From the IMG/VR virus record IMGVR_UViG_3300045988_142036, positions 1-40,543 of that record: 40,543 nucleotides of DNA; one strand, written 5' to 3'. A program made the position numbers and the translations under genes. Positions 26,047-33,868 of the stretch are shown piece after piece (position 1 is the first letter of the stretch; the number at the start of each line of letters is the position of its first letter). Below the pieces are notes generated by a model. The model was not told where the DNA came from, searched no databases, and saw nothing but the letters and a program-made list of their open reading frames with translations. The stretch is from a virus.

Positions 26047-26568
26047 ATGACACCAAAAGAATTTATCACAAAACACTTACCCTATGCGCTTGAGACAGAG
26101 CGTAAGACGGGTATATCGGCGCTATTTATATTGGCTCAATCGGCCTTGGAGACAGGTTGGGGTCAGCATGCGCCAGGGAATATGATGTTTGGCGTGAAAG
26201 CTACGGTAAGTACGCCCCCTGAAAAGCGGCAGCTGGTGCAAACGACGGAGATCCTCTCCACGGATAAGGCTAAGTTTCCCGTTATTATCAAGATAGAAAA
26301 GCGCCCTGATGGCAAGTATAAATACACGGTTAAGGACTGGTTCCGCAAGTATGACAGCCCAGAGGAGAGTTTTACAGACCATGCTAACTTCTTTTTCAGG
26401 AATAAGCGCTACGCCAAAGCGTTGGAGGTTAAAGCAGACCCGTACAAGTTTGCTGAGGAAGTTGCCAAGGCGGGGTATGCTACGGAGCCGACGTACGCGG
26501 AGCGACTCAAGGGAGTGATTAGGACAATAGAGAGGGTAGTCCCCGAAGAGGAAACAAATGACAAGTGA
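26047..26568 (+). CDS. Endolysin, glucosaminidase (GH73/FlgJ-like) family
   Basis: ALFILAQSALETGWGQHAPGNMMFGVKA and GYATEPTYAERL motifs. Confidence 0.85.
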   Translation: MTPKEFITKHLPYALETERKTGISALFILAQSALETGWGQHAPGNMMFGVKATVSTPPEKRQLVQTTEILSTDKAKFPVIIKIEKRPDGKYKYTVKDWFRKYDSPEESFTDHANFFFRNKRYAKALEVKADPYKFAEEVAKAGYATEPTYAERLKGVIRTIERVVPEEETNDK

Positions 26569-26598
26569 CTAATGACTAATGATAAATGACAAATACGA
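26557..26598. repeat. AATGACW heptamer array, locus 4 (6 units)
   Basis: aatgaca|agtgact|aatgact|aatgata|aatgaca|aatacga. It spans the lysin stop and the ATG at 26586. Confidence 0.8.
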
Positions 26599-27224
26599 TG
26601 AATAAATTATTTCAGCGATTGCTGAAAGTGAAAAACAAAATAGCTATATGGGCAACTCCTATAGTATTACTTTTTTACTTTGATGATAAGATACACTTCA
26701 GAGATAGGGTGTATTACTTCTTCATTGCTTTCTTTAAGAGTATTCCATTGTTGATGCTGTACTCATACTTTTCTATTTGGAGGGAGAAAAATGAGCTTTT
26801 CTTTGTGGGAATTAGCTTTATCCTCTTTCTTAATATGGTAGTAGGGGCTATATATCACGCAAAGGCAGGGACTTTTGATATAAAGCACTTCCTTACAGGT
26901 AATGCAACAATAATGCTTGTGATAACAGTGGTGTATATATCCCTTTCAGTTCTGAGTATTCCTATTAATGAGACAGAGACGGGAAAAATATTTCAGAGTG
27001 TGGTGCAGTTTATGACACTGATGTACCCAGTAAGTAAGATTGTAAAGAATGTATTTGTGCTTACAAGGGGTAAATATCCCCCTCAATTCATAATGAAAGC
27101 CCTATATAACTATGAAAGAGAGGGTAAATTGAAAGATTTCTTTGATGAAATAAGCAATGGAGCTAATGACTTAACAACAGATAACCATGAAAGAGAAACT
27201 ACAACAGATAGCGAGCAGCAATAA
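26586..27224 (+). CDS. Multi-pass membrane protein (lysis-associated candidate)
   Basis: 212 aa with at least four hydrophobic helices, directly after the lysin. Confidence 0.6.
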   Translation: MTNTMNKLFQRLLKVKNKIAIWATPIVLLFYFDDKIHFRDRVYYFFIAFFKSIPLLMLYSYFSIWREKNELFFVGISFILFLNMVVGAIYHAKAGTFDIKHFLTGNATIMLVITVVYISLSVLSIPINETETGKIFQSVVQFMTLMYPVSKIVKNVFVLTRGKYPPQFIMKALYNYEREGKLKDFFDEISNGANDLTTDNHERETTTDSEQQ

Positions 27225-27606
27225 TTGGGCTTTTGATTACGGTCGTGATGACTTCAGCAACTTGGAACGGGTGGAGGATAAGGAATTTTATCTTTTCCTT
27301 GACCCATTGGAGGAGTTGGTGTCTTTTGATGATAGTCAGGAGGTGGGACGTACCTATAATGGGCGGTTGTTGCTGCTTATGGTGTCAGATTTTGATAGAG
27401 TGTATGACGATCAGGAGGGTAACAATGCCAGTGAAGGGAAGTATGAGCGATATATCAAGCGTTGTAAGGAGGAGGTAATGAAGATAGCTAAGTCCTTCTG
27501 CTGGGAGTATGATATATTGCAGTGGCGGATGTTAGAGGTGATTAACCTCTATGACACGAACTTTGACGGGGTGCTGGTAAATTTCCAATTTAAAAGTGGT
27601 AGGTGA
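27187..27606 (+). CDS. Hypothetical virion-module protein
   Basis: 139-aa ORF that overlaps the upstream gene by 38 nt. Confidence 0.55.
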   Translation: MKEKLQQIASSNNWAFDYGRDDFSNLERVEDKEFYLFLDPLEELVSFDDSQEVGRTYNGRLLLLMVSDFDRVYDDQEGNNASEGKYERYIKRCKEEVMKIAKSFCWEYDILQWRMLEVINLYDTNFDGVLVNFQFKSGR

Positions 27607-28085
27607 TGAATGTAAAAGATATTCTTGATGAGGAGTTAGGTAAGATAGTAATGGAGCTGGTGGCTAAGTATGACAGCTTAGGCATGCGTGCCAGTGGTCA
27701 ATGGGCTGAGGGCCTGAAGGTGGTGATAGAGAGAGAAGGTAGCAAGCTGGTAGGTAGGATTGAGGGTGTGGATTACACCTACTATGTACAGCATGGGAGA
27801 GCAATGGGAAAGATGCCCCCAGTAAAAGCCATAGAGGAATGGATACAAGCAAAAGGCATACGGCCCTTGGAAAAGAAGATAAGTGTATCGTCATTGGCTT
27901 ATGCCATTGCTCATAAGATAGGGCAGGAAGGCACAAGGAGATTTAAGTCGGGAGGCAAACCTGAGTTTATAGATGCGGTTATCACAGCGGAGCGGATACA
28001 GGACATCATAGACAAGGTAGGGGCATGGTACGCTGTGCAATTTAGTAGTGATATAATCAAGGTCATAGAGGAGATGGCCGCTTAA
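27603..28085 (+). CDS. Hypothetical virion-module protein (neck/tail-completion-like, weak)
   Basis: 160 aa with an ATGA overlap. The assignment rests on gene context only. Confidence 0.55.
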   Translation: MMNVKDILDEELGKIVMELVAKYDSLGMRASGQWAEGLKVVIEREGSKLVGRIEGVDYTYYVQHGRAMGKMPPVKAIEEWIQAKGIRPLEKKISVSSLAYAIAHKIGQEGTRRFKSGGKPEFIDAVITAERIQDIIDKVGAWYAVQFSSDIIKVIEEMAA

Positions 28086-28096
28086 TAAGTACAACT

Positions 28097-29128
28097 ATGG
28101 AGATAACACACGAAGGCTTTACAATAACATACGATTATTATACGAGCATACATTACCCTCACACCATTTCCTTTAAAAAAAGAGGTACTACGGAGGATGC
28201 TGATATAATTACGATAAAAGTTGAAAATTATGACCCAGTGAAGTATGTCATTAAGGATAAGGTTACAGATATAGATCTGCGATTACTGCTGCAACGGGTG
28301 ATGCTTAAGCACTATAATAGGAGCACCCATAGTGGTATGCCTTCATTAGGAGTTGTTCCCTCTATTGAGGCTGATATAGAGATTGAAATCTATTGTATGG
28401 TGAGGAATAGAGGAAGTAGGAGGAAAGAGAAAAAGAGATTAAGCAGCTTTCGCTTTGGATTATCTCTTATAGATAGTAGTGTTAAGCATTCTCTGATAGA
28501 ACGAAATAAGAGATTAGCTCCGAAGGGGGCAGGAAAGCCTTACTTTGTGGGTTACCCTCAGATAGACACTTATACATCAGAGGTAGAAGGCAGGCATGGC
28601 AATGAGAAGACAGGGAGCACCTTCAATGTTATTCGCACCAAATCAAGTATTACAGAGGGGAATCAGACGTATTACCCAAGAGGAGAGGTAACCAGAGAGA
28701 TAGATGAGTGTGGGGTATTCTTAAGGTGGAGGACAAGTTACGGATCGTGGGGTTATTGGTTGTTCTCAAGTGATTACGAACATGAGATAAAGACAAAGAG
28801 CAGGGGTAGCTGGGACTATCACAAACATGGGAATATTACTCGTAAGCACTTAGGACTTAGTGGGGAGCAGACTTGGAAGCTCAGCAGTCATATACCTGTG
28901 CAAGCTGATGAAATAGAGGAAGTAAAGGACTTATATACCTCCAATGAAGTATATCTGTACAGAGGTGATAAGGTAGAGCGTTTTTTTGAAAATGAATTTT
29001 TCACGAATTGGGAGCGAGTGGAGGTTGTTGGAGGTAATGTGAAGTTCAATGAGCCAAGAGAGACGTACGATATAAGTGTTACGATAGAGTTTATAAAAAT
29101 GATTACAAGGCAAATGGTCAATAATTAG
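28097..29128 (+). CDS. Hypothetical virion-module protein
   Basis: 343-aa ORF. No motif recognised. Confidence 0.6.
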   Translation: MEITHEGFTITYDYYTSIHYPHTISFKKRGTTEDADIITIKVENYDPVKYVIKDKVTDIDLRLLLQRVMLKHYNRSTHSGMPSLGVVPSIEADIEIEIYCMVRNRGSRRKEKKRLSSFRFGLSLIDSSVKHSLIERNKRLAPKGAGKPYFVGYPQIDTYTSEVEGRHGNEKTGSTFNVIRTKSSITEGNQTYYPRGEVTREIDECGVFLRWRTSYGSWGYWLFSSDYEHEIKTKSRGSWDYHKHGNITRKHLGLSGEQTWKLSSHIPVQADEIEEVKDLYTSNEVYLYRGDKVERFFENEFFTNWERVEVVGGNVKFNEPRETYDISVTIEFIKMITRQMVNN

Positions 29129-29143
29129 ATTAATATAAAAAAC

Positions 29144-29656
29144 ATGAAAAAAATAGTATATTTTCTCCTATTATTGCTGTTATTGGGTTGTGGTAGTAGG
29201 AAAGTGAAGAAAGAAGATATAAAAACAAACAGCAAAGAGCGTATTTCAGTTAAAAAAGATAGTGTTTCAAGCGCTGAAAGGAGTGAAAAGACAATCCTCT
29301 TTGATGTATCCACTATTGAGAATATGGAATTTGTTCTTGAGAGTGATAAAGATAGTATGGGAAACACAAAAGAGCTATATTTTAATCGTATCAGAGACGG
29401 AACAAACGAGACTATCACAGTGCGAGGAGGCAAAGTAAGTATAAAGGCAAATAGTGCTGGTCAAAAGTCCCTCATACAAGAAGCAACTGTTATAAAAAAC
29501 GATATAAAAACGAGCATGCAGCGTGATGAAAAGGCAGAGAAGGAGATGAAAGCAGTGAGAATGGATAAGCAAGTGACAAGGAAAGGTTATATTTGGATTG
29601 TTTTCATAATTATTTTTTTGCTCTTTATTGTAGTTTTTAGAAGAAAAGCCCCGTGA
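29144..29656 (+). CDS. Lipoprotein with a C-terminal TM anchor (moron / exclusion candidate)
   Basis: Signal peptide plus lipobox MKKIVYFLLLLLLLGC, and a C-terminal YIWIVFIIIFLLFIVVF segment. A+T-rich. Confidence 0.7.
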   Translation: MKKIVYFLLLLLLLGCGSRKVKKEDIKTNSKERISVKKDSVSSAERSEKTILFDVSTIENMEFVLESDKDSMGNTKELYFNRIRDGTNETITVRGGKVSIKANSAGQKSLIQEATVIKNDIKTSMQRDEKAEKEMKAVRMDKQVTRKGYIWIVFIIIFLLFIVVFRRKAP

Positions 29657-29669
29657 TGGGGCTTTTTTT
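29644..29669. terminator. Bidirectional terminator between convergent genes
   Basis: aaaagcccc-gtgat-ggggctttt followed by a T-run. The stop codon lies in the loop. Confidence 0.75.
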
Positions 29670-29688
29670 ATGGGGAGAGATTCATTTA

Positions 29689-30249
29689 CTACCAATCACT
29701 ATCATCTTCAAGTAAAACTTCTTTGATTTTAGCTATAGTCATATTGTAATAAGACTCAATATCTTTTTTCAGATCCTCCTGTATTAGCTTATCATCTTTT
29801 TCATCATATATAGGGAACCCATTAGAACGTCTTCCTTTTATCATAACATGCCCTAAAGGGCCTTTGTTTTTAGAGTTGCGGATATCTTGGCTAACAATTT
29901 CAAATTTAGCCTTTCCATCTTTAAAAAACAGCTGCATGGTAATGGTGGCATCTGCGGCTACACTAATGAAAGTATTATTAATCATTCCGATAACGGGTAC
30001 GTATGTTTCCCATTTGATATATTCATTTTTTAAATCCGATTTGATTACCTCTTGAGGGTTTTTGTAATTAATATTTATATATTTTATAGTACTATTATAC
30101 AACTGATTAGCTGTTTTTCCTTCAGCAATTATAACAGCATAGTTTTTACCTGTTGTTTTTTCTTTAAGTCCGTTAGGTGTTATCTCAAATTCCTGAGCAA
30201 ACACGGAATAAATGCTAAGGAATAGCGCAATGGATAATATTTTCTTCAT
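29689..30249 (-). CDS. Secreted protein, DUF4468-like (tentative)
   Basis: Sec signal MKKILSIALFLSIYSVFAQ. The overall pattern recalls Bacteroidota DUF4468 proteins. A+T-rich. Confidence 0.6.
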   Translation of the reverse strand: MKKILSIALFLSIYSVFAQEFEITPNGLKEKTTGKNYAVIIAEGKTANQLYNSTIKYININYKNPQEVIKSDLKNEYIKWETYVPVIGMINNTFISVAADATITMQLFFKDGKAKFEIVSQDIRNSKNKGPLGHVMIKGRRSNGFPIYDEKDDKLIQEDLKKDIESYYNMTIAKIKEVLLEDDSDW

Positions 30250-30262
30250 GTGATATATAAAT

Positions 30263-30814
30263 TTAAAATCTAATTTTTGAATTAACTATTTTCTCTACTG
30301 TAAAAAGCTGTATTACCTCGTCAAAATCAACGATTTGGTCAGGGTATAGAGGATTGAATGAATGACAGGTAAATTGCTGTTTTTTATGGTCTATTTTGGT
30401 TATTTGCTTAACTATATGACCACTGCAGGTGGTAAGCACAAAGAGCTTGCTACGGATAGGCAGGGTGTCTATAGGGTCTGTCCAAAGGCGGATAAGTATC
30501 TCATCATCATCAGATAGGGAGCGCTTAGAGCCATCGTCCATACTATCTCCATTGACACGTACTACGAGGTAATTCCCTTCGTTGTACTCACGAGGGATAA
30601 GTCGCTTGTGTGTCTCTGGGAGGCTTTCCACGAAGGCCTCCGAGAAGTCTCCTCCGAGCATACCTGCGGAGACAGCGAGGTCAGCGTATTCAACGATCAT
30701 ATAATTCTGCTCAGCTACTGGGGATACTTCCTCTGTGCCATTTTTTGATTTTATTATGCCTATTGTATGGTTTATATCCTTTCCATTGATAAGGGCATTA
30801 TCGGATAGGAACAT
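30263..30814 (-). CDS. S24 (LexA/CI-type) peptidase domain protein: C-terminal half of a split repressor
   Basis: VNGDSMDDG Ser nucleophile motif and a downstream HIVKQI Lys. It is in frame with the HTH ORF across a single TAA. Confidence 0.75.
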   Translation of the reverse strand: MFLSDNALINGKDINHTIGIIKSKNGTEEVSPVAEQNYMIVEYADLAVSAGMLGGDFSEAFVESLPETHKRLIPREYNEGNYLVVRVNGDSMDDGSKRSLSDDDEILIRLWTDPIDTLPIRSKLFVLTTCSGHIVKQITKIDHKKQQFTCHSFNPLYPDQIVDFDEVIQLFTVEKIVNSKIRF

Positions 30815-30883
30815 AGGCCCTTTGTTATCGGTAATCCATTCCTTGTTGATGTCTGGGAAGGTAGTAACTATTTCCTCAATGAG

Positions 30884-31132
30884 TTAGAGCTTTTTTAGCT
30901 TTTTGAGTATGTTTTTTTGTTGGGAGGGAGAGAGAGGTAATATATCTACGTCAACTCCTTTTTCTTTTAAAAAGAAACTTAATAATTTTATAGCACTTTG
31001 TGGCATTTTTCGTTGTCCTTGCTCCCAACTCTGTACAGCACGAACAGAAGAGCCTACAATTTCCGCCAATTTTTCCTGAGTAATATTATACTCCTTGCGT
31101 ATATTTTTCAACTCTAAAACGTTCATAATCAA
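30884..31132 (-). CDS. XRE-family HTH repressor: N-terminal half of a split CI-like repressor
   Basis: ITQEKLAEIVGSSVRAVQSWEQGQRKMP is a classic HTH_3 pattern. The gene is divergent from the early operon. Confidence 0.8.
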   Translation of the reverse strand: MIMNVLELKNIRKEYNITQEKLAEIVGSSVRAVQSWEQGQRKMPQSAIKLLSFFLKEKGVDVDILPLSPSQQKNILKKLKKL

Positions 31133-31142
31133 TAAAATATAA

Positions 31143-31162
31143 ATTTAACATTATATTTAACA
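31143..31162. promoter_or_regulatory. Direct repeats ATTTAACA x2 (12-bp spacing) in the repressor/early divergent region: candidate operators
   Basis: atttaaca at 31143 and 31155. Related copies occur at 13908 and 15690. Confidence 0.35.
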
Positions 31163-31204
31163 AACAAAGTGATAGAAATATTTTTTTACTAACACAAAAT
31201 ATTA

Positions 31205-31212
31205 TATCTTTG
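31205..31212 (+). promoter_or_regulatory. -7 box TATCTTTG of the early rightward promoter
   Basis: tatatctttgcagtg. Confidence 0.6.
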
Positions 31213-31286
31213 CAGTGTCAAAACAGAGATATAAAATACATTTGTTTTTTATGGGTGCAAATATAAGGATAAAAATTAAAACAGCA

Positions 31287-31544
31287 ATGAAAAAAGTGAG
31301 TAAAGTTAAAAAGACGGCAAAAGACTATAGGAATAATATAACAGGTGGTCTATCGGAGAAAGCCTCAAATGCTATAAGAAAGACTAATCAGCTTAGTTTG
31401 CGATTGGCGTTGTTTTTTGATGTGAAGCAGGCGGCGGTGTTGGATTTAGCTAAAAGACGTAGTAATAAATTGCTAAATATAACACTTGTTCCTATCTACA
31501 AAGAATTTAATCTAAGTGAAGAAGATTTAACAGATACGTTATGA
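31287..31544 (+). CDS. Hypothetical early protein
   Basis: The ORF-track GTG start at 31215 is only 3 nt past the -7 box. An ATG at 31287 (MKKVSKVKK) or 31251 is more plausible. Confidence 0.5.
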   Translation: MKKVSKVKKTAKDYRNNITGGLSEKASNAIRKTNQLSLRLALFFDVKQAAVLDLAKRRSNKLLNITLVPIYKEFNLSEEDLTDTL

Positions 31545-31867
31545 CACGAGTAGAATATGCGATAAACACTTATAAGAACCTAACACTTGAAGAGGTGGAA
31601 GAGTTTCATACTACGGCTAAGTTGCTTCCTGATAATATAGACCAGTACGCAGAGGCTATAAGGAGGGTGCAAAGAGAGCGACCAAAAGACAGCTTAATGA
31701 GTATAAAGGAGGTTGCAGACTTCCTCAATATAGAGAAGCAGACAGTTACCCGTTTGGAGCGTGAGGGATGTTTCTACAGGGTAAATGACAAAGGACATCC
31801 TAAGTACTCCTTTAATGAGATAAAGGAATTTGCTCAGGGGTATGAGAAAAACAGAAGTAGAAAATAA
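31541..31867 (+). CDS. HTH_17 (MerR/excisionase-type) DNA-binding protein
   Basis: SIKEVADFLNIEKQTVTRLEREG..YRV..G.PKYSFNEIKEF. Confidence 0.65.
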   Translation: MTRVEYAINTYKNLTLEEVEEFHTTAKLLPDNIDQYAEAIRRVQRERPKDSLMSIKEVADFLNIEKQTVTRLEREGCFYRVNDKGHPKYSFNEIKEFAQGYEKNRSRK

Positions 31868-31907
31868 AAAAAGCCCCACGAGGGGGCGATAAATATAACA
31901 TTAAAAC

Positions 31908-32132
31908 ATGGCAAAATTACTACAAAAATTATTCTCTTGCAAGCGAAAAGCAAAAAAAGTGCAAGACCAACAACTACAAGTGATTGACGGCTATTTGTGC
32001 TACAACAAGCGCCGTTACAGTGAGCTCAACTACGAGCAGAAAGAGCAATATAACGATTGCTTTATCCCTCAATCCGATAAGTTGGCTTTTGAAAAACTCC
32101 TTAGAGAAACCCAATTAAAGTATGTGTTATGA
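31908..32132 (+). CDS. Hypothetical protein
   Basis: 74-aa ORF. Confidence 0.5.
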   Translation: MAKLLQKLFSCKRKAKKVQDQQLQVIDGYLCYNKRRYSELNYEQKEQYNDCFIPQSDKLAFEKLLRETQLKYVL

Positions 32133-32506
32133 GAACAATGACAAATACCGAGTTTGAGCGAGTACTCAACGAAGAACGCAAGCAATGTTATTATTACAGC
32201 GACTTGCTGGACTTACGAGAAGATAATCCCAGGTCGTTCAGTTGTGAGTTTATCACAGAAGACGATTACCCTGATGATTGGTACTGTGCAATATATTATG
32301 ATGTAACCACCCGTTGCGAGGGCAATAATAATGCAAGCTGCCACAGTGTAGAGATACAGCATATATACATCAATTTCCAAGAGGTTAAGGCTACTGAAAT
32401 GCAAGAAAGCGTATTAACAACGGTACTCACCAATCGAGCCAATAAAGAGTTTCAGTTTAGAGATACTGATATATATCCCGATTTAGCAACATCTTATACA
32501 TGGTAA
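32129..32506 (+). CDS. Hypothetical protein
   Basis: 125-aa ORF with an ATGA overlap. Confidence 0.55.
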   Translation: MRTMTNTEFERVLNEERKQCYYYSDLLDLREDNPRSFSCEFITEDDYPDDWYCAIYYDVTTRCEGNNNASCHSVEIQHIYINFQEVKATEMQESVLTTVLTNRANKEFQFRDTDIYPDLATSYTW

Positions 32507-32508
32507 TT

Positions 32509-32709
32509 ATGAAAGTAGGTGATTTAGTAATGGTTAGTCCTTTTATCCCAAAAGACCCCGCAAATCAAAAAGGTAAGGTTGGCGAGGTAGTAGAGATAGT
32601 CAATAACAATGGCTTTGAGATAGTCAAGGTGAAGTTCAGCAATGAGTGCTACGGACTATATGACAGAGAAGTATTACAGAAAGTAAGAAACAAAAAGAAA
32701 CAGCAATGA
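32509..32709 (+). CDS. Hypothetical small protein
   Basis: An ATG at 32500 or 32509 (MKVGDLV) is possible. The stop overlaps the next start. Confidence 0.5.
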   Translation: MKVGDLVMVSPFIPKDPANQKGKVGEVVEIVNNNGFEIVKVKFSNECYGLYDREVLQKVRNKKKQQ

Positions 32710-32957
32710 AAACAACCATAGAAAAAGGCAAATGCTATGAGATAGGCGATTGGCTCGTACAGATTGACAGAATAGACGAGCGCTATATATGGTGCTTTGG
32801 TGCTGATAGCGATAGGGTGATAGGTTTTTTAGCCCTTCCTGTTGATAGCAAGGTGAGTAGAGAAGTACCTATTAACGACTACATCAACTATATAGATGTA
32901 GCAAGGCAGAATATAGCGGCTGAGTTTCGTGAGAGACTAAGCCAATATGAAGAATAA
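32706..32957 (+). CDS. Hypothetical protein
   Basis: 83-aa ORF. Confidence 0.55.
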   Translation: MKTTIEKGKCYEIGDWLVQIDRIDERYIWCFGADSDRVIGFLALPVDSKVSREVPINDYINYIDVARQNIAAEFRERLSQYEE

Positions 32958-32977
32958 CAAATAAAATTATATCAAAA

Positions 32978-33868
32978 ATGAATGAGAATTTAATCACAGT
33001 ACAACAACTCCCCGTGATCGTATATGAGCGATTGGAAAGCGTGGGGCAAGAAATTGACAAGCGTATCGCAGCGCTTGACTTGGACAAGCAACTCGTAACA
33101 GAGGATACCAAGAAGGCTGTTAAGGACACCAGGGCAATGCTCAATAAAGAATTGAAAGACTTTGAAGAGCAACGCAAACGCATCAAAGAGCAAGTAGCAA
33201 CGCCTTATATGGCTTTTGAAAAAGCGTACAACTCCTTTATCAAAGAAAAGTACGAGAAAGCCGATAGCATTCTAAAGGTGAAGATTGATGAGTTTGACAG
33301 AAAGCTAAAAGCAGACAAAGAAGCACGTATCAGGGCTTATTTTACAGAGTTATGCCAAGCGAATAATATTGACTTTCTCCCTTTTGAAAGGCTTTGCTTG
33401 AATATAAGATTGAATGATACTGACAAGAGCTTGAAGGACATTGTAAATACCTATATTGACAATGTAGTTAAGAGCCTTGCAATGATTGAAAGTCTTAATG
33501 ATCCTGATGAGTATAAGGCGGAGATCCTTACAGACTACAAGCAATGCCTTGATATAACCACTGCTATACGCAACGCTCAATATCGCAAACAACAACGAGA
33601 AGCTGAATTACAACGCCTTGAAGCGCAGAAAGTAGCAGCTGAGCAAGCAAGGTTAGCCGCTGAAGCAAGGGCAAAAGAAGTGGCACCGCTACAAGCACCG
33701 CAAGAAGTGAAAAGTGAAGAACGAATAGTGAAAAATGAAGCGGTGCCAACTGATCAAGAAGTAACACCTGATTTGGTAGTAACCAATTTCACCGTACAAG
33801 GCACAATGGAGCAACTCAGAGCCTTAAAGGCATATATCCTTAGTAACAACATTAAAATCATAGAATAA
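32978..33868 (+). CDS. DUF1351-like protein (RecT-associated)
   Basis: The pattern TEDTKKAVKDTRAMLNKELKDFEEQRKRIKEQVATPYMAFE and its position directly upstream of RecT. Confidence 0.6.
   Translation: MNENLITVQQLPVIVYERLESVGQEIDKRIAALDLDKQLVTEDTKKAVKDTRAMLNKELKDFEEQRKRIKEQVATPYMAFEKAYNSFIKEKYEKADSILKVKIDEFDRKLKADKEARIRAYFTELCQANNIDFLPFERLCLNIRLNDTDKSLKDIVNTYIDNVVKSLAMIESLNDPDEYKAEILTDYKQCLDITTAIRNAQYRKQQREAELQRLEAQKVAAEQARLAAEARAKEVAPLQAPQEVKSEERIVKNEAVPTDQEVTPDLVVTNFTVQGTMEQLRALKAYILSNNIKIIE

Noticed and set aside
374-26598. CRISPR array
   Set aside because: The only tandem repeats are 7-, 12-, 22- and 24-bp units without unique spacers, and no cas genes are present.
31215-31286. GTG start at 31215 for the first early gene (ORF-track model)
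   Set aside because: It begins 3 nt after the -7 promoter box, so it would lie upstream of the transcription start. Internal ATGs at 31251 or 31287 are preferred.
31873-31887. gcccc-acgag-ggggc hairpin as a terminator after 31541..31867
   Set aside because: The stem is short at 5 bp and there is no T-run on the plus strand. The A-run precedes it, which would suit the opposite strand where there is no gene.
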